DNA of 64,000 nucleotides, taken from the NCBI GenBank assembly GCA_963741885.1, contig CAVUJS010000009.1, forward strand, positions 54,636-118,635. Direction: 5' to 3'. Positions within the stretch are counted from its first letter, which is position 1; every line of letters begins with the position of its first letter. This DNA comes from an uncultured Chloroflexia bacterium (GTDB taxonomy: Bacteria > Chloroflexota > Anaerolineae > Anaerolineales > Anaerolineaceae). Both the position numbers and the translations under genes were made by a program. Positions 26,110 to 33,439 of this stretch are shown one piece after another. The notes beneath the pieces were generated by a model. It was not told the origin of the DNA. It saw only the letters and a program-made list of their open reading frames with translations, and made no database searches.

Positions 26110-28368
26110 TTGACGATAGGAGTATCGGTACCCGTGGACGCGGCGATTTTTTGCCCTAACTGCCAGCGCTATCTTGGGCTCCAAATGGAGTGCGAGACGT
26201 GTCATTGGGTGCGCCCAGCCCGGCCGGCTGCACCGGTGAGCCACGTGCATTGGAAAGTCCATCTCAGCGAGGCCGGCAGTTTTACCGATTCTACCATTTA
26301 CCTGACGCAGATCACTTCCAACGGCAAGCTATTATTTGTTCCCACCGCTGGCGGGGAGCTTGCGGCTTTAAACCCGGCGGATGGCCTGGAAAAATGGCGG
26401 CGCGCGCTGCACCCTGAGCATCTGCTGCGCGTGCAGTCCGCGGCGCTGTGGGGGGATGTGCTGCTGCTGGGCGCAGAGAACCTGGCCAGCCTGCCAGCGA
26501 ACGAGCGCTGCCTGCTGGCCTGGGATGCTGAAACAGGCGCGGAACTGTGGTCCTGGTCCGCACCGGGGGATAATCTATCGGTGCCGGTTGTGGCAGGCGA
26601 TGTGGCCTATTTCACCTCTTCGGAACCGATCTTGTTCGCGCTGGATTTGCCCTCCCGCAGCCTGCGCTGGCAGGTCCCAGCGGTGACCTGGTCGCCGGAT
26701 GCCCCGGTAGTGGGCAGCGGGGTGGTGGTCGTACCGGCGCGCGGGTCCAGCGTGGCGGCTTTTGCCGAGGGCGATGGTCACCGGCTGTGGTCGTTTACCG
26801 CGGACGAACCCGAAAGCGAGGTGCTGCACCTGCACCCGGCGCTTTCCGCGGACACGGCTTTTCTGGCCGGGTGGGATAAGCGCCTCTATGCGGTAGATTT
26901 AACCAGCGGGAAACTGCGCTGGCGCTTCACCGCGCCGCGCGGGATTACCGCGCCGCCGGTGCTGGCCGGTGAGCGGCTGCTGGTGGCGGTCAAAGACTTG
27001 CGCGAAAAGAAGAATGCCAACAAACCTGGTTACAGCCTGTGCGCGCTGGACCAGGCGACGGGTGACCTGCTGTGGAAGTTCTCGACCGAGCGCCATATTT
27101 ATACCCGGCCGCAGGTGGTTGGCGATACGGTGCTGTTCGGCGCGGATGACCGCCGGCTGCATATCCTGGACCTGGCCAGCGGGGAGGAGTTGTGGCAGTT
27201 TCCGGCGGCGGGCAAGGTGCAGGTCAGCCCGTGCGTGTTGGATGGCAAGATTTTCTTTGGCCAGCAGGACTACACGATCTACGCTTTGCAGTGGCAGGAG
27301 GAAGCCCAGCAGCCGCTGGAACGCAAGGACCTGCTGGCGCTGGAAGAAGGCGCGCAGCTGGCATTAGATGGGCAGTTCGCCGCGGCCGGGCAGTGGTACC
27401 GCGCGCAGGGTGATTACCAGCACGCGGCGGCGTTGTTTATGCAAGCTAACCAGCCCCAGGAGGCCGCCGAGGACTATCTGCACCTGGGCGACCTGGAGCG
27501 CCTGCTGGAGGTGCGCCGCCAGGTGGGCGACCGGACCGGCGAAGCGGAGGCCCTGGCGCTGCTGGGCAAACACGCCGAGGCGGCCCGCTTATTTGAGGCC
27601 AGCGGGCAGCTGGACCGGGCGGTGCGCGAATACAGCCAGGCCGGGCGCACGGGCTACGCCGCCATGCTGCTGTGGCAGAACGGCCGCCGGAAAGAGGCGG
27701 CAGATTTGTATCATTCGATCAACCAGGATGATAAGGCTGCTGAGGTATTGGTCGAGGACGGGCGTTTTGCCGAAGCGGCAGAAATCTACCTGCGCATTCA
27801 AAAGCCCGAGGTGGCAGCCGGGGTGCTGGCCCAGGGCGGGCTGCTCGAGCGCGCCGCGGACCTGTACGCGCAAACCGAACACACCCGGCTGGCGGCGGAG
27901 CTTTACACAAAGGCTGGTCTGAGCGACCCCGCGCTGCGCCTGTATGAGTCACTGGCAGACTGGAGCAAAGTGGCGGAAGTGGCTGAACAAAGCGGTGATC
28001 TGCTGCGCCTGGCCAAGGCCCTGACCCAGCTGGGCCAGTTGGAGCGCGCCGCGCAGGTGTATCAGCGCGCCGGGCAGCTGGATACCAGCATCGAGCTGTA
28101 CCTGCAGTTGGGCAAGTGGGAACGGGTGGCGGCGCTGGCGGGTGAGTTGGGGGATGGCGAGCGGCAGGGTTTCGCTTTCAGCCAATTGGGTTTGATGACC
28201 CAGGCCGGGGAGGCTTACGAACAGGCCGCGCGCCAGGCGCAGCAGGAGCACCCCGAAGACACGGAGCGCATCGCCAGTCTGTATGAGGCGGCGGCGAAGT
28301 ATTACGGCGAAGACGATGACTGGCTGCGCCAGAGCGCCTGTTACAACAAAGTTTGTCAGATTCTGTAA
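26110..28368 (+). CDS. Zn-ribbon + PQQ/BamB-type beta-propeller + alpha-helical repeat (TPR-like solenoid) protein
   Basis: CPNCQ...CETCHW ribbon. Repeated LxAxDxxTGxxxWxF propeller blades (LLAWDAETGAELWSW, LYAVDLTSGKLRWRF, LCALDQATGDLLWKF, LHILDLASGEELWQF). The C-terminal ~330 aa are paired-helix repeats (G..EAA.LY...). Start is uncertain (TTG 26110 or GTG 26134 after AGGAG). Confidence 0.8.
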   Translation: MTIGVSVPVDAAIFCPNCQRYLGLQMECETCHWVRPARPAAPVSHVHWKVHLSEAGSFTDSTIYLTQITSNGKLLFVPTAGGELAALNPADGLEKWRRALHPEHLLRVQSAALWGDVLLLGAENLASLPANERCLLAWDAETGAELWSWSAPGDNLSVPVVAGDVAYFTSSEPILFALDLPSRSLRWQVPAVTWSPDAPVVGSGVVVVPARGSSVAAFAEGDGHRLWSFTADEPESEVLHLHPALSADTAFLAGWDKRLYAVDLTSGKLRWRFTAPRGITAPPVLAGERLLVAVKDLREKKNANKPGYSLCALDQATGDLLWKFSTERHIYTRPQVVGDTVLFGADDRRLHILDLASGEELWQFPAAGKVQVSPCVLDGKIFFGQQDYTIYALQWQEEAQQPLERKDLLALEEGAQLALDGQFAAAGQWYRAQGDYQHAAALFMQANQPQEAAEDYLHLGDLERLLEVRRQVGDRTGEAEALALLGKHAEAARLFEASGQLDRAVREYSQAGRTGYAAMLLWQNGRRKEAADLYHSINQDDKAAEVLVEDGRFAEAAEIYLRIQKPEVAAGVLAQGGLLERAADLYAQTEHTRLAAELYTKAGLSDPALRLYESLADWSKVAEVAEQSGDLLRLAKALTQLGQLERAAQVYQRAGQLDTSIELYLQLGKWERVAALAGELGDGERQGFAFSQLGLMTQAGEAYEQAARQAQQEHPEDTERIASLYEAAAKYYGEDDDWLRQSACYNKVCQIL

Positions 28369-28984
28369 ATGGCCTAACCTAAAACTGCGCTTTGAACTGG
28401 AAACGCAGTTCTTCGAGGGCGAGTACAACTTGATGAACCTGGTGGTGCTAAATACCGGTTTCAGCCCGGCGCAAAACATCCGCGTGAACAGCATCAGCCC
28501 GAAATTCCGCCTGGATGAAGGCGAATCGCAGATCTCGCAGCGCTTGCTGGGCGTGCAGCAGGATAAATCGCTGCGCTTGCTGCTGCTGCCGCGGCCAGAT
28601 GTATTGGGCATGGTGCTGCTGCAGGTCAACGTGCTGTACGAAGATCCGCAGGGCGGCGAACACCAGTCCATCTTTGAGCAAACTGTGAAAGTGTTTGGCC
28701 GGGATGAAAAACTGCGCGCGGCGGAAGGGCTGCCAGATGAAGCGACCCCGCTCACCGGCGCGGAGGCCATGAATATCTCGCGGCTGCGGCGCGGGTTGAT
28801 CGAATATTTTAATGAAGATGAGCTGGAATCGCTGTGCTTTGACCTGCAGGTGGACCATGAATCGCTGCCGGGCGAGACGAAAGCGGGAAAAGCACGCGAG
28901 TTAATTCGTTACCTGGGGCGGCGCGGGCGGCTGCGCGAGCTGGAAGATATGGTTCACCAGCTGCGCCCCAATGTGAACTGGTAG
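28283..28984 (+). CDS. Beta-sandwich-like region + C-terminal effector-associated-domain (EAD)-like helical module
   Basis: C-terminal LIEYFNEDELESLCFDLQVDHESLPGETKAGKARELIRYLGRRGRLRELEDMVHQLRPNVNW is homologous to the CHAT protein C-terminus. Start unresolved: ATG 28283 overlaps the upstream gene by 86 nt, ATG 28433 truncates the fold, and the frame is open and protein-like from 28370. Confidence 0.7.
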   Translation: MRRRRSITAKTMTGCARAPVTTKFVRFCKWPNLKLRFELETQFFEGEYNLMNLVVLNTGFSPAQNIRVNSISPKFRLDEGESQISQRLLGVQQDKSLRLLLLPRPDVLGMVLLQVNVLYEDPQGGEHQSIFEQTVKVFGRDEKLRAAEGLPDEATPLTGAEAMNISRLRRGLIEYFNEDELESLCFDLQVDHESLPGETKAGKARELIRYLGRRGRLRELEDMVHQLRPNVNW

Positions 28985-29027
28985 TGGGGAGTTTCCCTGA
29001 ACCGGTTCAGGAGGAAGGAAGGTAATT

Positions 29028-31106
29028 ATGGCTGAACAAGAAATCAAGACCCTGGGGCGCTATGTGATCCAGGCGGAGCTGGGCAAAGGTGGCTTCGCAG
29101 TGGTCTACCAGGCCCTGGATCCGAACCTGGAGCGGGTGGTCGCCCTCAAAGTGATGCACCCCATGCTGCTCAGCGATCCTTCCTTCGCGCAGCGTTTTCG
29201 GCGCGAGGCCCGGGCGCTGGCGGCGCTGCGGCACCCCAATATCATCACTGTCTATGAGGTGAGCGAGGCGGATGGCCGCCTGTTTATCGCCATGGAAATG
29301 GCCAGCGGGCCAAGCCTGGCGGGGTATATCACCGAACACGGGCGCGTATCCTGGAATGAGACGCTGCGCCTGATGCAGCCGGTATGTTCGGCGCTGGCCT
29401 ACGCGCACGAGCAGGGCATCGTGCACCGCGACCTGAAACCGGCTAACATCATGCTGGACCAGGAGCGCGGCCCGCTGCTGACCGACTTTGGCCTGGCGCG
29501 TTTAATCAGCGCGAGCAGCGCCAGCACCAGTCTGACCTCCACCGGCGGAATTCTGGGCACCCCGGCCTACATCGCCCCCGAGGTGTGGGAGTTTGACACA
29601 GCCGGACCGGCGGCGGATATTTACGCGCTGGGCTGCATCCTGTACGAAATGCTCACCGGGCAGCTGCTCTTCGCCGGGCAGACGCCCATGCAGATTCTGC
29701 GCGCGCATGATCGCGGCCCGCAGTTCCCCGCAGCCTGGCCGGAAGATGTGCCGCAGGGTATTGGGGCAGTGCTGGGGCGCGCCCTGGCTCGCAAACCGGA
29801 AGAACGCTATGCCAATCCCGGCGAGCTGTGGCGCGCGCTGGATGACCTGGACGCGGAGGACCGCCTGGAGCGCGAACGGGCCGAAAAGGCTGCCGTGGTG
29901 CAGCCCTGGCGGGAGGAGTTTGAGGCGGCGCTAAAGGGCGGCGAATGGCGGCTGGCGCGCATGGCCTTAGGCCGCTGGCAGGCGGTTTACGCCGAGGACC
30001 CCGACCTGCTGGCAGCGCGCAACCGCCTGGATAAGCTACAGCATGAAACGGAGGAACAGCAGCAGCGCCAACAGGCGGAACTGGAGCACCAGGAACAGGC
30101 GCAGCTGGAACAAGAACGCCAGGCGGCCCTGCGGATGCAGGAGACAGAGCGCCAGGCGCGGGAGGCTGCCGCGCAGCACGATCGAGAGGTTGAACGCCTC
30201 CGGCAACCGGCGAAAAGCGATAAGCCTGCTCAACCCCAGCCCCGGCCTGCCCGGTCGGGCGCTGCGCCGGTCACTGGGCCAACCGTTGTCCCGATCCAAC
30301 CGGAAGGGTTCCAGCCACCAGCCCCATTCGGCATCGTGCAGGCGGGGATCATTCTGCTGTCGTTGATTTCGGCAGCATTTACACTTTCGGCAAGCAGCGG
30401 CAGCGGGCTGGAGACGGCGATTGTGCTCTCCTACCCGGTGCTGGCGCTGCTGCTGTTCCTCCCGCGCGGGGTGCGCCGGGTGGTACGGGTCATTTATCTG
30501 TTGTATGCTTTACTGGGAAGCGGGGTCTTAATTATTACACTGCTGCAAGATCCTTCGAGCAGTTATGCCGGGCAGTACCTGGTGTTGGCATTTCTATTGG
30601 CAGGCCTGGTGGTACTTTTATGGCTCGATCGGGCACGTGAGCGCGGGCCAGCCCTGCTGAAAGAGGCCGTGGAAAAACCGGTCCAAAGCGCAGCTCAACC
30701 TGCCGGAGTGAACTGGGCCGCTACGGGCGAACCAATGAACCGCATCAGCTCAGCGAATGTTTTGAACATCGCGCAAATATTAATGATCCTGACCAGCCTG
30801 GCGATGTTTTATAATCCTGTTTCCAAAGTATTCGAAAGCTACTACAACTACTGGAGTTGGCCAATTCTCGGTCATCTAATTTTATTTTTCCTGGTGCTTT
30901 CGCTGACCTACAAAATTCCCAACCGCCAGCTGGTTCGCAGCCTGACAATCGCTTACCTGATATTCCTTGAATTCACTTTATACATCAATTACGATTACTT
31001 ATTCAACTTTTGGTTACCGGTTATCTTGCTCGCCTTGCTGTGGGTCGACCGCCGACGCGACCAGGTGTTGGCCCGCACGGACGTCTACCCTCCAAAGGCC
31101 GGGTAG
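29028..31106 (+). CDS. Hanks-type Ser/Thr protein kinase with Gln/Glu coiled coil and C-terminal 8-TM (2 x 4 TM) module
   Basis: GGAGGAAGGAAGG RBS. LGKGGFAVVY, VALK, HRDLKPANIM, DFGLAR, GTPAYIAPE. Then QQQRQQAELEHQEQAQLEQERQ. Two 4-TM units end in LLWLDRARER and LLWVDRRRDQ. Confidence 0.9.
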   Translation: MAEQEIKTLGRYVIQAELGKGGFAVVYQALDPNLERVVALKVMHPMLLSDPSFAQRFRREARALAALRHPNIITVYEVSEADGRLFIAMEMASGPSLAGYITEHGRVSWNETLRLMQPVCSALAYAHEQGIVHRDLKPANIMLDQERGPLLTDFGLARLISASSASTSLTSTGGILGTPAYIAPEVWEFDTAGPAADIYALGCILYEMLTGQLLFAGQTPMQILRAHDRGPQFPAAWPEDVPQGIGAVLGRALARKPEERYANPGELWRALDDLDAEDRLERERAEKAAVVQPWREEFEAALKGGEWRLARMALGRWQAVYAEDPDLLAARNRLDKLQHETEEQQQRQQAELEHQEQAQLEQERQAALRMQETERQAREAAAQHDREVERLRQPAKSDKPAQPQPRPARSGAAPVTGPTVVPIQPEGFQPPAPFGIVQAGIILLSLISAAFTLSASSGSGLETAIVLSYPVLALLLFLPRGVRRVVRVIYLLYALLGSGVLIITLLQDPSSSYAGQYLVLAFLLAGLVVLLWLDRARERGPALLKEAVEKPVQSAAQPAGVNWAATGEPMNRISSANVLNIAQILMILTSLAMFYNPVSKVFESYYNYWSWPILGHLILFFLVLSLTYKIPNRQLVRSLTIAYLIFLEFTLYINYDYLFNFWLPVILLALLWVDRRRDQVLARTDVYPPKAG

Positions 31107-31178
31107 AGCCGGCGGCATAAGAAAGCCGGCGGCATAAGAAAGCCGGCGGCATAAGAAAGCCGGCGGCATAAGAAAGCC
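31107..31178. repeat. Perfect 17-bp tandem repeat x4.2 (AGCCGGCGGCATAAGAA)
   Basis: Starts immediately after the kinase stop codon. The unit shares CCGGCGGCATAA with the 5' arm of the family A repeat. Confidence 0.95.
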
Positions 31179-31445
31179 TCATCCCGCGGTTCGCCGCTCT
31201 TGCTCCTTGCGTTGGGCAACCTATCCTTGCGGTGAACCGTCCCTTCTCCATCAAACGCAAGAGCGGCGTTTGATAGAGAAGGGTGTCTTTTTGCAAATCA
31301 GCATAGGCTGGCCAGGGAACTTTTTTTGCAATAAGTCACCCTTCTCTAAAATTTGGCTTTGCAAATTTTGGAGAAGGGCCGGGGATGAGGTATTCTTGTT
31401 TTGCGTTTGATGGAGCAAGAGCGGCGAACCGCGGGATGAGGTGGT
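31177..31445. repeat. Cluster of mosaic hairpin repeat modules between the convergent operons
   Basis: CGGTTCGCCGCTCTTGCTCCTTGCGTTGGGCAACCTATCCTTGCGG, CCCTTCTCCATCAAACGC.../...GTTTGATAGAGAAGGG, CCCTTCTCTAAAATTTGG...CAAATTTTGGAGAAGGGCCGGGGATGAGG, and an inverted GCGGCGAACCGCGGGATGAGG. Confidence 0.85.
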
Positions 31446-31523
31446 GTTCTTTCCCCGCCATTTCCACAGAAAATCCCTTTGTTGCCTTTGCTATAGAAGT
31501 CCGGCAGCTGGGGTGGGAGCGGA

Positions 31524-32864
31524 TTAAAATTCCAGGTTGGGACGCTCGGCGCGCACTGCGGCGGCCAGTTCCGCCAGGCGGCCGCGGCTGGTGAAGTACT
31601 GGAGCATGGCGCGGGCTTTGGCCGGTTTGACCTGCCCGCGCAGCAGTTCCCAATCCACACCCAGGGTAAAGCACAGGGCTTCCAGGTCCTCCAGGGTGAA
31701 GGCTTCGCCGCTGAGCACATGATACAGGCGCACGGGGTCGATGGGCGCGGCTGAATTGGGGGGCCGGTTACTGGCTGCGGAGGGGCCGGGTTGCGCCTGC
31801 GGGCTGGCGGGAGCCCATAACTGCCCGCTTTTCAAGCTCATGAACAGCACCGGCGCGGCTTCATCGGGCTGGCCCTGGATGGCGCGCCGGGCGATGGAGA
31901 CGGCCCGATCGATACAGCCGTCCTGGCGCAGGGCCTGGAACAGCGGCGGCAGGAACAATTCAGCGGAGGGGAAGCTCAATGCGCCGTGCATGGCCAGCAC
32001 CGCCGGGATGCCTGCCGCGACCAGGCGCGGGCCTAATGCGCCCAACATCTCCGGGCTGCCCTGCCCGGCGCTCTCGCACACCACCAGGATCGCCAGGCGG
32101 GGCAGGTTGAGCGTGCCGGTCAGGCGGTGGGCCAGGTCGGCGGCGGAAACGCGCGCGGCGCTGCCCTGCTCGTCCTCCAGCAGCAGCCAGGCGCTGCCGG
32201 CGATCAGCTTGCCGTGACATACCAGGTAGAGCACCTCCTTTCCGGGGATGCTGGCGGCCAGCCGGTTGAGCGTGCAGTGCTCTGATGCGCTGCCGGGCAG
32301 GAAATCCAGGCTTATGCCAGCCAGGCCCGCCCGGGCGCGCGCCTGTTCGGCGGTTGGATCAATGGCAGCCAGGCCGTACTCGCGAGCATTGCGCGGCGCG
32401 GCGACCGCCGCGAGGGCGGTCAGGGCTGTTTTGGGCGCGGGCAGGGCGGCGCTGGCCGCGCCGGGCAGGAAGCGCGAGAATAGGATGTCCTCGCGCGTGG
32501 TCAATCGCTCTGCCTGGCCGGGAAGGCAGAGCAGTTCCCAACGCAGGCTGTGCAGGGGTTCCGCACCTGGGCCGAGCAGCAGGCGCAGCCGCACAGGACC
32601 CGGCTGCGGGCGGCCCTGGGCTATGCCGCGCGCAGCTGCCAGGGTCTCGCGCAGGGCTGGGTCCGCAAACAGCATCTTACTGAGCGCATCCCCGTATGCA
32701 GCGGGGCTGCCCGCCTCGCCATTCAACAACAGCGGGTCAATATTCACCGGGAACGGCCCGCGGTAGAGGATACTGTCCGCGCCGTAATCCAGGCGCACTT
32801 CCGCCTGGTAGGCATCCCCTGCACCGCGCAGAGCCAGTTCAAAATCCACATCTGCCAGCGCCAT
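31524..32864 (-). CDS. CHAT-domain (caspase-fold) protease with C-terminal EAD-like module
   Basis: His in VLYLVCHGKL (His217, 32216..32214) and Cys in LAILVVCESAG (Cys263, 32078..32076) form the caspase/CHAT dyad context. The last ~70 aa (31739..31527) match the C-terminus of the 28984 gene product. AGGAG RBS before ATG 32864. Confidence 0.85.
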   Translation of the reverse strand: MALADVDFELALRGAGDAYQAEVRLDYGADSILYRGPFPVNIDPLLLNGEAGSPAAYGDALSKMLFADPALRETLAAARGIAQGRPQPGPVRLRLLLGPGAEPLHSLRWELLCLPGQAERLTTREDILFSRFLPGAASAALPAPKTALTALAAVAAPRNAREYGLAAIDPTAEQARARAGLAGISLDFLPGSASEHCTLNRLAASIPGKEVLYLVCHGKLIAGSAWLLLEDEQGSAARVSAADLAHRLTGTLNLPRLAILVVCESAGQGSPEMLGALGPRLVAAGIPAVLAMHGALSFPSAELFLPPLFQALRQDGCIDRAVSIARRAIQGQPDEAAPVLFMSLKSGQLWAPASPQAQPGPSAASNRPPNSAAPIDPVRLYHVLSGEAFTLEDLEALCFTLGVDWELLRGQVKPAKARAMLQYFTSRGRLAELAAAVRAERPNLEF

Positions 32865-32881
32865 CGCACCGCTCCTGATTC

Positions 32882-32920
32882 AAAAAGGAGCTGGTCAAAA
32901 CGCGCGTTTTGGCCAGCTCC
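32882..32920 (-). terminator. Intercistronic terminator/attenuator-like hairpin between the trypco2-like gene and the CHAT gene
   Basis: Minus strand GGAGCTGGCCAAAACGCG/CGCGTTTTGACCAGCTCC (17-bp stem, one mismatch) starts right after the stop codon and is followed by TTTTT, then the AGGAG RBS of the CHAT gene. Confidence 0.6.
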
Positions 32921-33331
32921 TTAGATTATTCTTTGCCGGTCTGCTTTTTTCCAGCCGGGCTGGTTTTTTTCTTTTTCTTCCTCTTCCTCTTTGTCTTTGT
33001 CTTCATGCCAGCGCAGCATCACGTTGAAGTTGGCTTCGACCCCGCCGCGCGAGATCACCAACCCGCCCACTTCCGCGGAAGCTTTCAGGCCAAAGTTAAC
33101 TTGCAGTTCCTGAGGCGCGGGCTCGCCGCTTTCGCGCATGTGATTGACCAGGCTGGTCGCCAGCTTGCGAATCGTCCCGACCGATTCGGCAAAGTTAATC
33201 CCGGGCTGTTCCGCCGGATGCCCGCCGGGCTTGCCAGGCGGAATCAGGCCGCTTGCGCCGCGCGGAACCTCGGTGGTCTCCAGGTAGACGGCTGTGCCGT
33301 CCTCGAGTTCAAATTTGACATAGGTTGCCAT
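32921..33331 (-). CDS. Trypco2-like (CU044_2847-family-like) small protein with acidic/Lys-rich tail
   Basis: GGGAGG 7 nt before ATG 33331. MATYVKFELEDGTAVYLETTE ... LQVNFGLKASAEVGGLVISRGGVEANFNVMLRW fits my recollection of the trypsin-co-occurring domain 2 pattern. Tail is DKDKEEEEEKEK. Confidence 0.65.
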   Translation of the reverse strand: MATYVKFELEDGTAVYLETTEVPRGASGLIPPGKPGGHPAEQPGINFAESVGTIRKLATSLVNHMRESGEPAPQELQVNFGLKASAEVGGLVISRGGVEANFNVMLRWHEDKDKEEEEEKEKNQPGWKKADRQRII

Positions 33332-33439
33332 GTTGTAACCTCCCTTGTTGGTTATGCGGGCAGCGCCAGCGCCCCCCGCGAAATTCACACAGATATTCCT
33401 GTGGATTTGTTGACTGAATTCTAAGTGAGAAGGGGGGTG

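Noticed and set aside
31107-31178. Possible CRISPR array
   Set aside because: The units are directly adjacent 17-mers with no spacers, the length is far below CRISPR repeats, and there are no cas genes in the window.
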